Below are positions 49,517 through 61,085 of a stretch of 64,000 nucleotides of DNA, in pieces. Under the pieces are notes generated by a model. That model was not told the DNA's origin, did no database searches, and worked only from the letters and a program-made list of their open reading frames with translations. Made by a program: the position numbers and the translations under genes. The stretch's first letter is position 1. Every line of letters begins with the position of its first letter. This DNA comes from Felis catus (Eukaryota), in assembly GCF_018350175.1 (NCBI RefSeq), contig NC_058370.1:44516001-44580000 (forward strand), given 5' to 3'.

Positions 49517-49890
49517 GTAGGTGATGACCCAGGGACATCTAAGCCCTGCCTTCTCTTAAGGACAAGGGCTGTGGGGACAGACAGCCTTCCAGTGGGTTGG
49601 CTAATAAGAGATAAGAATCTCAAGACCCCAAGGAGCAGAACACCCCCTTCCCACCTACTGTGTTTGCTGTTATTTTTTTGAAGTGATGCTTTCACTTTGC
49701 ATGAAGGTGTCCCAGATCCTGTGGCAATGGGCCTGTGGAAGAGTCCCTAATGCAGATTTTAAAACTCTCTCCCCCCCTTGGCTATTTTCTGTGGACCCTG
49801 AGAACAGTCTAGCACTTCTGAAAACTCTCCCACACCCACGTCAGAATTGAACCAGCCACAACAGCCAGGCTGACATCAGGTCTCTTTCAG
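49517..49890 (+). other. SLC24A3: SLC24A3 intron, 374 bp, GT-AG
   Basis: Lies between two in-frame exons with canonical ends. Confidence 0.93.
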
Positions 49891-49994
49891 GGGTCTTCAT
49901 CACCAAGGGTGACGTGGGAGTTGGGACCATCGTGGGCTCTGCAGTGTTCAATATCCTGTGCATCATTGGTGTCTGCGGGCTCTTTGCTGGGCAG
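49891..49994 (+). CDS. SLC24A3: SLC24A3 internal coding exon (probable exon 6), (G)VFITKGDVGVGTIVGSAVFNILCIIGVCGLFAGQ
   Basis: Acceptor tctctttcag with branch-like ctgac at 49870-49874; 104 bp, phase 1-0; donor CAG|gtaaga. In frame with the previous exon. ITKGD fits SLC24A3 (SLC24A4 has ITHGD, recalled). Confidence 0.96.
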
Positions 49995-52054
49995 GTAAGA
50001 CTGACAGCAGAAGGTGGCATGGGGTTGGAGGGGACAGCACGGGAGGCGAGGCACGGGCCTGTCTTGCTGGAGCACCACCAACACGGGCCAGTGGTCTCGG
50101 GCAGCAGTAACGTTGGGTCTCATGCCAGGAGGCTGGCCCAACTTGAACTGGAAAGTGTCTGGCACCATTATTTGGTCTCCATGTTGATGGAGTAGAGAGC
50201 ACCCAGATCCACATAAGTAATTAACTAGCCTGAAGGTGCAGGCTACAAATCTGAACGTGTCAAACTCATTTTGAATGTCACGATCTGAACTGGAATGACC
50301 TAAAACAATTTAAGATATGGCTTTGACTCCATGGCAATAGAGTAAATAAGAGTGGGGGAAGGGAGAGAGAGAGACAGAGACGGGAAATGATAGTTTTTTT
50401 TCTGCTAAAACCATTTGCTGTCATCACAGCATAGGACAGTTTTGCTATAGCCATCAAACAGTTTATTTACATGTTGACTTAGCTTGCTTTTGGCGTCACA
50501 AGGGGCTTTGCATGCCTGCATTTTATCTTTGGAGACTGTTCCACTCCAGGGAGTGTCATGGGGTCTGGTATCTGTTTTGGAAAGCCTTGGGAAGACACCC
50601 AAGAAGTCAGCCAAGTGCGAGGCTCTCTGGCAGTTGGGACAGTGCCACAGCTCCCAAGGGTCTGCCAGCTTCGCTGTCCTAGTTCCCTCCTAGGAATTTT
50701 GTTCAGGAACAGCACGATCCTGAGCTCTGCCCAAACACACTTTAAACATCTTCTAGGAAAAGCACCTTCGAGAAGCCCATTGACAGCACTCTGCTTGCAA
50801 TATTGAGGAGCTTGGTGATGCTAACCAGCTGCCTCACTGTGGGGGCCACAGGCTCTACTGGAGGTGGTGGGCTGGTTTGAAGGGCTAAGGAACACTCCTT
50901 TGAACCTTCTTTCACACCCTTTTTAAGGCCCCTCTGTTGTCTAGTCAGACGGCCAGGGGCTCCCACCCTGCCCATCTCTCTAATGCAGACTGGAGAGCCT
51001 CTGCAGGAGGCCCATGGCACAGCATTGCTGTTCTCCACTGCCTGTTTCTAACTGCTGTCATTTCATGCCAGTGATTTGTCCGGGTTGCCTAGTGGGCTTG
51101 CTGCTTGTGGGTGACAGGCAGAGGGACACGTCGATCTCATCAGGAATTAGCTCCAGAGCCCCAAGTGAAGGGTACTTCTGGAGCTCCTGGACAGCTGTGT
51201 CCACACGTGGTGATTGAGCTCTCCCCAACTCGATAGGCTGACATGTTCTTTTTTCTCACCCTTTTGATCCATCATGTCTGACCTTAGATTCTGTGGACCC
51301 ACAATCTGATGCTTTTTAGACCTCTTATAAATATAGTTAGTGCAAAAAAAAAAAAAAATCACCCAAAACAAAACAAAAAAAACGAGTCTCCATCCACGCC
51401 TTCAGTGCTGTTTGCACTTCCCTGGATCTCGTCTGTGTCCGCCGTCTTCTTGTTGCCCTCCGGAGATGAATAGTCACATCCTGCAGAAGAAGCTGTTGCC
51501 ATTCACACTCTCTTAATTAGCATTGTCACCATTAGCAGTATGATCATTAGGCTGGCCGTTATTCGTGTTGTCATTAGTTCATTAGTCATTTGTACCTGCC
51601 GCCTGATGGAAAGGCAAGCCCAAAGGGGGAGAAGCAATGTAAAGAAATGAAACAAGTGACTAGGAAGTATCTAGTAAATGCCATGCAACTAATTACATAT
51701 GAAGTGGCTTGGATTCACTTGTATTCATAATTTATTAGCAATGCAGTTAATCACTGGCTTGGTGAGGATGCCTGCTTGGAAGGCAGATTGCTTCCTGAAC
51801 TTTAGCATGTGCCGGTATCAGTCGCTTTACTCCCTCTGGAAGGTCTTTGCCAAGCTCGTCTCACAGCCCTGCACCATCATGGAGAGAAGAACCCACCACA
51901 ACCTTGTAGCCCACAGGATGATTCTGGGTGCTGGCACCTCCTTCTGCTTTTTCTTGTCTCCTGCCCACTTGGAGGTTGCCGAGACAATCCACCTCTCTTC
52001 CTCAGGAGTTTGTGGAGTCCCTGAAGTCTTTGCAGAGGGAGAAGTATTCTGTTT

Positions 52055-52290
52055 TAGAAAGAACGTGGGCCCAGGAACAGGACTGGCCAGGGTTTGAATC
52101 CTGACGCTGCCATTTGCTGGCTGTGAAATCTTGGAGAAGAGACTTTATCGCTCCTCTGAGCCTGTTTTCAAATCTATGGAGCGGGTGGGTGTAAGCCCAC
52201 CTACCACCTAGCATCACCATAAGGATGAAACGTTAACATGTTTATCATTAAGCAGGAGTCGGCCCACATGGTAAATGCTCAATAAAAGAC
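52055..52290 (+). mobile_element. MIR relic
   Basis: ccagggtttgaatcctgacgctgccatttgctggctgtgaaatcttgg...ctctgagcctgttttc...ggtaaatgctcaataaa. Confidence 0.75.
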
Positions 52291-53489
52291 ACCATTATCA
52301 GCTCTCAGAAGAGCCATGAGGTCCTCACCTCCAAATCCCACCTTACGTCACTGTGGTAATTTGACTGAGAAGTTGATGGGATCAACTAACTAGTGGAACA
52401 GCCATGGGATACCAGGTAGGGAAGGAAGGGAAGGTCAAGGAGAAGGTCTTCTACACGAAAACCAAAATGAAGAGATGTTGATCAAAAAACGATCTCAGAG
52501 GACTGGTCCTCGTCTCTGTGCTGTCTGATCAGCGGGAGGGAAAGAAAAACTGTGAGAAATGAACATTCCCTTACATATTGAGAAACAAACATTCCCAGGT
52601 GATGCAGCCAGTGCAGCGGAACATTACAGCAAGGGCTGGATATTGGGGATTGAACTGATTAATAAATCCAGTCATGGGTCTCACTTAGCATGGTTATTTA
52701 TGTGGCTCCACACTTTCATTTGGCTGGGAGAACTCCCCGCCAGTGCCCGTGGGCCTCTCTCTAATGTATTCCGGCCTGAAGGGCTGCTCATGACCAAGTC
52801 TGTTACTCCTCTGAAATCCAAGTAATTAAGCAGTAAGGTTTGAGTTCCTGTCTCAATTAGGGTTCTGATGAATTCGATGTAATTAAATGTCTGCCGTATT
52901 TGCAGTTTGCAAACATACCCAGTGCTTTGGTGTTCGCCTAAGGTGCTTTTGGGAGTTTTGTGGGACAAGAGGAAAATTGCTTCTGCGAGAGTGGTTTATA
53001 GAGCGGTTGTTGGCATCCCCACAAGACATTTACAGGGCTGTGGTCCTACAAGTTTTCTTTATTTAAAAACAAAACATAATAAGAGCGAGAACACTAAGCT
53101 CTGGATGCAACATACTAATGCATTTTGCATATTGTGTTGCAAGAACTTCATGCCAGTTTTGTGAAACAATGTACTTATGAATTTAAATCCACCATCCGGA
53201 GCATGTTAGGCTTTAAAGACAAAACCACAGAGAGTAAACAGTTTAAGTGCATCCCAAATTAGGACGCTCATATTCCGGTTATTCCAGGCTGGCACATGGC
53301 TCCGGTTTATAATAAAGAATTCCAGCATCAGCCCTCCTTGTATTCTCGAAGTGTGCCTGCTGTTCTCCGGCGAGGTCCATCTAACCTTCGCTGATTTCAC
53401 CTTTCTCTGTTAACGCCCTGTCCATGCTGGCCCTACACGCAAACCCGAGCAGCACCCAGAGGTTGCACATTTGACTTGACACTTGCCTT

Positions 53490-53910
53490 CAGTTGGATTT
53501 CTGCAGGAGAATCTGAGCAGTGATTCAAAGGCAGGTAGTTTATCTGAAAGGGGATCCCAGGACATGCCAGACAGGAGGAAGTGAGACCAAGAAGACAAAG
53601 TAGCCAAGGAAAGTGTGTTACCAAGTAAGTTACCACTGTGAGCAGCTGGGATTTACTTCTGGGGGAATGGATGACTGTATAGAACACAGGTCCCTGAGGT
53701 ATCCAACCCAAGGGGGGAGGGAGCTGGGGCATTTATCCACCAACCTCCGCCAATCGTTGGTAAAGACTGCTCCTGCTGGACATGGGCAGGATGGACTTTG
53801 GAGCCCAGGGAGAACCCCCAAGGTAAGAGGCCTAGAGGCTGGGCCCTAGAAGGACCCAAAATGGTAAAAGTAGGGAGACAGGAGTGAACTCATAAAGCAT
53901 TTGCTACAAA
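53490..53910. mobile_element. ERVL LTR (LTR16/LTR33-like) relic
   Basis: gcaggtagtttatctgaaggggatcccaggacatgcc...ggaagtgagac...gttaccactgtgagcagctggg...ggagctggggcatttatccaccaacctcc. Confidence 0.65.
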
Positions 53911-55650
53911 CTTGACTAAGCCTTTAAAAATAAACCACCTGCAGGGTCTCATTCTCAGCTCCCCTGGATGAAACACAAGCTTTAGCATTAGGCTGACTAT
54001 TAAGAGTTCAAGGCCAGGACATCCTGCATTTAGGGAATTTCCTCTAGTGTTAAAAATAACAACTACCATTCTAGGTACTTGCTGCTTCCAGTTAGGACAC
54101 AGAAGGCCTTAGCTCCCATGGGAACACCAAAAAGCAGTCTGGATAATACAAAAATCATACTTGTATATAGGATATCAGAGAATAATGGAGGCAGGAGAGA
54201 CTTGATGAACTGTTTTCCAGAGAGAGGAGCCCTTTGTAAGGGAGCTGAGTCCTGGCAGGTCTGGATGCAGGGAGGACAGACGGCTGTGAAGATCCAGAAC
54301 TTTGCCGGGTGGAGATAAGCCAACTGAGCTACTGGCAGTGCCGGAGACAGCTGGGATGTCCTGGAGTTTGTCACATACGAAGACTGTCACAAACAATAAT
54401 AATTTGCTCGACGGAGGACACTGGTCCTCTCCACCCCACTCCAAATTTTCTGGGAAAACAGAAGTGAAGGCAGGACTGAGAAGCAGAAAGAAACCATCCT
54501 GTCTTCACCGTCTCTCACATTCTCCCAATACCCAAAATCAAGGAATCCCAAATCCAACCCTGAGAACTAGGAGACTAGCCCTTCCTTCAGAAGCTGGGGG
54601 TGGGAGGTAGGGCAGACCACAGGTGGCCCACCGCTCAGTCCCCATCAAATGAGATCTGAATAATCACCTCCTTGTTTTAGCTTACCAGTGAGAGCAGACA
54701 TGAAATTTCTGGGAGGGGAAACATCAGTAGTATTCTTCAGTTCTCACCCTTCTTCTGTATATAATTTCCAGGATGCAATAATAAAATCCAAAGCCTGTGA
54801 GGAGGCAGGAATAGGGCTCATAACCACGGAAAGCAGCAGCAGAAACAAGCCACAGATGATACAGATACAAGAATTAGTAGAAAAGAATTTAAAACATCTA
54901 TCTTAAATGGGGACAGATGGGAAAAATAAATGAATGGATGGGTAATTTCAGCACAGAAATGGAAAAAAAAATTAAAAACCCAGATCGAAACTGTTTATCA
55001 AAAAGAAAAGAAACCAATCCCAGCCATCATTTTTTAAGCATGCAGGCACTACAATGTGCCTTATAAATATTCGTAGAAATACACCTGTGACATTTAAAGA
55101 CTGTATTGTCCTCATTTACAGCAAGGAAGCAGGTACCCAGGTACAGGAGAGGCTACCTTGAGGTGGTGAAGTGTGGTTGGAGCCCAGATCTGCTGCCTGT
55201 AAAATCCATTCTCTCTCTTCATGGGGAGCCTAGGACTTAAAACTCCCAGATGTTGTTATTGCATTATTATGATGATTTCTAGCATTTATGTGTTCTTTAG
55301 AAGTGTGGAGTGTAGGAGCTGGGGGCAATGCAAAGAATGGACCTGTCAGCACAATGGTGATGGTCCAGGATGGGTGAGCCCAACCAGTACTCAGCTAGAA
55401 GCTTCTCTTATAATCAGATGGCATCATCTACCGCCTGACTTTCACTTTCACAAAACAGAGGATTCTAGCTAATAAACACAGTGAAAAGCCCACAGACCAC
55501 CCTGGTTTACCCTGGGCACCTTAGTTTTTAGCTTATTGTTCTCTAGACAAAACCCGACACATCTTATCATGTTCCAGTTCTGATTCCCCAAGAGGCTGGG
55601 GGACTGAGAACAGGGACTCAGGGCTGGGGGACTGAGGCTGAAACCCCCCT

Positions 55651-55676
55651 ACACACACACACACACACACACACAT
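55651..55676. repeat. (AC)n microsatellite
   Basis: About 13 units. Confidence 0.95.
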
Positions 55677-56444
55677 TCCTGAAAACAGGGGCTGGAGGTC
55701 TGTCATTTACCCTAGAAAGGGAGATGAAAGTGCACGAGGGAGAATGAGTAGTCCACGGAGTACTCGAGGGTGCTGGTGAAGGCCTCCCCTGAAGGTAGGA
55801 TGCTTTAATATTTGATTCAGTGAGTAGGAGAGGAAAATTTGTGGGGCGGGAGTCACCACAAGTAGGGTCAGGTCTGTCTGGAGCAGTCACTGGATCTATC
55901 ACATTCCAGTAAAATAGGAGTTTCTTCCAGTGGCACCTGCTGGCCACCTGCCTCAGGAAGAGCTTGCTAGAAGACATCCTCAGCCCTAGTTGAGACCAGC
56001 TGAAATCAGAAGAGCAGATGTGCCTGCTTGCACCCCACCTGCAGGCTCAGCTCAGCTCACATCTCAGACCGAGGTTGGCCTTGGGCAAGAGGCAGCCTTC
56101 ACTGGGCAGTTGGCCCAGGCGGCATGAACTGTCCCCCCCTTGATGCCCCAGTCCTGTAACTGGCTGCCCTCACTGTCTCTTGGCCATTTCTTTTCCCTGG
56201 CCATTCCCCACTTTCCCTTCAAGGGCGGGTAATAATCTTCCCTTGACACACACTTGTTCCTGACCTAGAGTTCCATTAATATTACCCACCCAGCTCTGCA
56301 CTGCTCCATCTGGATGGCCTCTGCATCCTCAACCCAGATCTCTTTGTTAGCTTTGACTTGGGCTTACAACACCTGTCTCTGGCTTGTTCTGCTTCCTTGC
56401 AATGTCCTCCTGAAGTCAGATCTATTCTTGGACCCACATTTAGC

Positions 56445-56950
56445 TGAGTTAAGAGGCTTTCAGTTTCAGGTAACAACAACAACCACAACAAAGCACCTCT
56501 AACTGCTCTATTAAATGAAGGGAATTTATTGGTGTCTCTAAAAAATACAGAGGAAAATGGACATCAGGCATTGTAGTCTCAGGGCTCCAGCCCATTTTCT
56601 GTGATTCTCTTATCACTAACCTTCTCTGACTCCTTCATCAGACTATCCTTCATGGCAGAGGACTATAGCAGTTTCACAACTCACATACACACACCACATT
56701 GACAGGGAGAGAAAGAGAACATCTCCCCCGCCACCCTACCTCTCATCCTCCACCTGGCACGATCAAGCAAAAATCTGATTGGGCCATCTTGGGTCACCTG
56801 AGCATCCCTGAGCCAGCCACTGTGGCAAAGGAACTAGAGTAACCAGTTGGCTTAGGTTAATCAAGAACCACACACCCATTTTCTTCTTCTCCCCAGAGCT
56901 AAGAATGTGATGATTTCCACCCCAAATACATAGCTTTTGGACCCTGATTA
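56445..56950. mobile_element. MLT1-like LTR relic
   Basis: gagttaagaggctttcagtttcaggtaacaac...tctgattgggccatcttgggtcacctgagcatccctgagccagccactgtggc. Confidence 0.6.
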
Positions 56951-57089
56951 TCATACAAAGCAGATAAATGTCTCCTGCACAAAGCCTGTGTCAGTGGTTG
57001 CTTTCCCCTGGTGTAGCACAAATGATAAAATGCCCAGGCCCATCACAGGTCTTTGTGTGTGAACACAGGTCTCTGTGTTGTGAACAGAG

Positions 57090-57455
57090 ACCATCACGGG
57101 TCTTTGTGTGAACACATTCCTTTCAGGCAGATCACTTAGTTGTGGGATTGCTGGGTTGTGTGGTGAGTATGTTTGTAAGAAAGTGCCAGCAGTTTTTCAG
57201 AGTGACTGCACCATTTTGTATTCCCCGCAGTATGTGAGACTCCAAATGCTCCTTATTGTCACCAGCACTTGGTGTTGCTGGTTTTGCTTTATTTCAGTTT
57301 TAGCCATTCTAGTGAGTGTGGTTGGCTTTAATTTGCATCTTCCTGATGAGTCACGGTGTTGGGCATCTTTTCACATGCTTACTTGCCATCCAGTATCTTC
57401 TTTGATGGGGACTTTGTTCAAATCTTTGCCCAATTTTTTGATTGGAGTTTTTGTC
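57090..57455 (-). mobile_element. Old L1 ORF2-end relic
   Basis: gtgggattgctgggttgtgtggtgag...gtgactgcaccattttgtattccccgcag...ttaatttgcatcttcctgatga...gcatcttttcacatgcttactt...ttcaaatctttgcccaatttt. Confidence 0.8.
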
Positions 57456-58269
57456 CTCTTCTGTCACCGTCACTTCTGTCACTGGACCCTCTAACCATCT
57501 CATTCGACTTCCCCTCTGAGTCGTTCTGTCCAATTCATTTCCATTTCCAAATCAACAGAGAGTAAGGCCATTAGACATGATTTAAAGTGATCATGGCAAT
57601 ATTTTATTTTGTTGCTTCCATGTGGGTTTACAAGAGATGTACTCAGAAACAGTACTCCTTGGGTGTGTGGCAAAAAATGCCGAGGTCACCTCCCTTCATC
57701 CAGCCTGACTGTGCATAGCAGTCACTGAGATCTGAGACACATCATTCCAGAAATGTGAGGAGGAAAACGAGAGTCTCTGGTAGCCGGGGCTGAACATTCC
57801 TCTCATGTAATTAAGTCTCACGTAGCTCCTTGAAAGTGAGCAAAGGGGATGGGGTTTCAGGTTGCCGGTTACATCCTTGGGAGGACTGTTCTCAGTGTTG
57901 GCAAAGACTTTCAACTTACAAGGAGACCAGAACCTTACAGCCATCACAGCTGGGTACCACCCCATGAAGAGAGTCCATCTTTTAGGCACAAATAACATTT
58001 CTTTTCATGCTCATGCCCAAGTGGATACGACGTCCCCCACACTGCTTCCTGGGGTGGACACGTGGGGCTCTTAGCAGGAATCTACCCTGTGGGCTGGTGC
58101 CACATTGAACCAGAGCAGGCTACCCCTTAGTGACATCACAGAAAGAGATATAAACTGTGAGCAGACAGTTTATAGGTCCTTTTCCCAACCAGCAGCTGAA
58201 CCTGGGGTTGACTGAGGATGAATGCAGGGAAGACAAAAGTCTGTCTGACAGGCAGATGCTTGTTTTAGG

Positions 58270-58440
58270 TAGTATTTCTCTTTAGTCCTTACTCTGTGTC
58301 AGGCACTGTTCTCACCACTTTGCCTATAGTAACACCCTTCATCCTCACAACAACCCTGTCCCAAGGACACTGTTTTTAGAAAAGAGGAAACTGAGGCTCT
58401 GAGAGGCTAGGCAATGTCCGTCACAGAACCAGTAATTTGA
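58270..58440 (-). mobile_element. MIR relic
   Basis: gtgtcaggcactgttct...catcctcacaacaaccctg...gaggaaactgaggctctgagagg. Confidence 0.75.
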
Positions 58441-59284
58441 GAGGCTTTTAGGGCTGCAGGGGTCCAGGCAGCAGCACCGAAGTGACTAGGTGTCTCTCTG
58501 ACCCAGCTCATAGAGCAGATTTAGCCTGAGCCTCACCCTCCCTCCATATTACAGCCATCCACACTAGCCCTCAAGGGACCCTCACATGCTCCCTCACCCC
58601 CACATGTAATGTGTATGTGGTGTCTGCTGAGCTTATATTCTTCTGGCAGACTCCAGCATCTTGGGTCTGTACACCCACACTTGGGCTCCATGAAAGCTCC
58701 AGGGGGGCCCAGGCACCCCGGCACTTGGCACAGAGACCCCCTTAAAGACACTTGCCCTTTATTCATAGCCAGAGCCTGCAGACAGCACTAGGGGAGGTGA
58801 AGAATTCTAATCATGGCCTTCTAATTCCACCCCAGGCAGAAAGTTGCTGGAAAGCTTCCCGTGATAAAAGAAAACACAATGTTACCAAGTCATGAAAGCA
58901 TATCTGCAGCAGGGCAAAGAAGGCCTTCTGCCAGGTGGCCATCAGAGTCCTCCCTGGTCTTAGCTCTTGTCACCTCCTCTCCCCACCCCTCCCCCCCACA
59001 CACATATACAGAGGGCATTGCATGAGCTATGACAGAACAGAACAGATTTTACGCTTTGGTTCCAGGGAGCTGTGGCCAGTGTGTCCATGGCATGAGCCAT
59101 TGCCAGTCCCAGATGCCAAGAATACCCAGTACTTAAAATCCCAAGCTTGTCTGCACAACGATGTTAATTGAAGGTGTTTTGTCTCTTCGTATTCATATTC
59201 GTATCTGTGAATTTGAAGTCAGGGTAGTAATCCATCGATTGTGTTGTGGGAGGAAATGTTTATTATATTCCTTCTTTGGGCAGT

Positions 59285-59630
59285 AATTTCATTCATTGAT
59301 GCAACAAATGTTTACTGAGTACCTAGTATGTACCAGGCACTGGTCTGGGCACAGAAGAGATGCTAGTGAAAAAATTACATTCTAGTAGTGGGCTGGGGGA
59401 TGTTAAATACCCAACAAAGATAATAGGTTGATAGATGAGATAGAGGACAGATAGAGTGATAGAGTTTGAGGTACCTAGGTGGTGTGGTAGTGAAATAAGG
59501 AGATGACATATGATGCCAGGTGGTGGTCAATGCTAGGAAGAAAAATAAAGCAAAGTCAGGGTCACAGAGAGTAGGTGGGAGAAGAGAAGGATTTAGAAAG
59601 GGGTTTCTAGGGAAAGCACCTTTGTAAGTG
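59285..59630 (-). mobile_element. L2 relic
   Basis: ttcattcattgatgcaacaaatgtttactgagtacctagtatgtaccaggcactggtctgggcac. Confidence 0.75.
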
Positions 59631-60389
59631 TTGATAATTTTATGGAGTGAGAAAATACTACTCTGTTCCACTCCATGAAGAAAATGGCATCATCTGAAAT
59701 GAAGATTCTGGTTCTGTGCACTGTTTTGAACAATTGAGTCTCTCTGAGCAAAAGGAACATGCCATTCAAGCAGATGGACAGCTCTTGCCCTGGGACAGTG
59801 TAAAAGGCTGGCCTGCTAACCTCACAAGGTAGAATAAGAAAACACCAATGCCAAGGGCAACAGGAAAGGTGTATGCAGTGACTGCCACCATCCCATGAGA
59901 TGCATGAAGCATGAGATGCATGAATGCTCATCTCATGAGCAACCATGAGATGCATGAAGAGGCTGCAGAACCGTAGGGAAGCACTTTTCTGCCAGTGGGG
60001 AATCATGGTGTGTGGTGTGAGCTCCCTGAGGGTCCAGCCTGGTTCCACCTATTTCCAACTATATTTGAGGTACTGAGGGTGCCCCCTGCATATGGTAAGC
60101 ACTCAGTCGATCTGTGGTAAGTGACTCACTGATAACACCACCCTGGACATGGGGCAGGGGGAGGATGGATATATGGATCAGATGTATGGATATATGTGTC
60201 ACATAAGTTGGCACAAACACACTCAGGAACTCTGTGACAGGTGTTCAGGGGATAGATGGATGCAGGGATGAATGTCACAACTTGCCACCAAGTACCTCAA
60301 AGACAAAGTGGATTGGAACAGCAGAAATTCTCTGGGAAGGGTTTGAGACAAAGTCGTGAGATCTAATTAGTGATTTTATGCAGACTTCC

Positions 60390-61085
60390 ATTCTTGGCTC
60401 CATTCACTGCCTATTATGTACAGGCATAGGGCATACAGAGGTAGACAAGATTGGACAGGTTCCTGCCTTTCTAGATCTCGTAGGCCAGTAGGGAAACACA
60501 GGCAAAGAGAATGTAAAACCAATAAATGATCAAGTAATAGCACAGAACAAGAAGTTCTTAAAGGAAGTACATTGGAATAGTAGATGACGGGCGGTCAGGA
60601 AAAGCGTGTCAAAGCACCCCAAATCATGAAGGCAAACTCCATGGAAATCTGGGGAAGAGTAGTGGGTGTCCAGACAGCAAAAAGCATGACATGTTCATGG
60701 GTTAGAGAAAGGGCCCATTTGGAGCCTAGTGAAGGCGGAGTGTGGCTGAGTGAGAGTTCTGGTGGAAGCAGATTGTGGTGGGAAGCCATTGGAGTATTGT
60801 AAGCTATAGAGTAACATGACCTATTTTGTAATTTGGGAGATTTAGTCCCAACTACCCTGAGTAAAAAGGCACCCTGTGGAGACAAGACGGTGGCAGGGAA
60901 TCTAGTTAGGCAGCCTGTGGTGAGGCGTGAGTTGAATTGGGGGCAGTAATGATGATCAGAAGAGGTTGTTTGATTTAGAATATTTTTGGAGACAGCACCA
61001 AGAGGATTTGCTGACAAATTGGAAATGGAGATGACAGAATGAGCTAAATCATGGAAGACTCGGGACTTTTGCCGTGACCCATGTA
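60390..61085 (-). mobile_element. L2 relic
   Basis: gggaagccattggagtattgtaagc...gtaacatgacctattttg...gaatatttttggagacagcaccaagaggatttgctgacaaattgga. Confidence 0.7.

Noticed and set aside
45962-49994. Assignment to SLC24A4 or to a processed pseudogene
   Set aside because: Diagnostic residues ([13 protein letters not shown]) fit SLC24A3; introns and an intact reading frame are present.
49914-50195. 93-aa ORF extending the third exon
   Set aside because: Only 49891-49994 is NCKX-like; the rest is read-through past a strong gtaaga donor.
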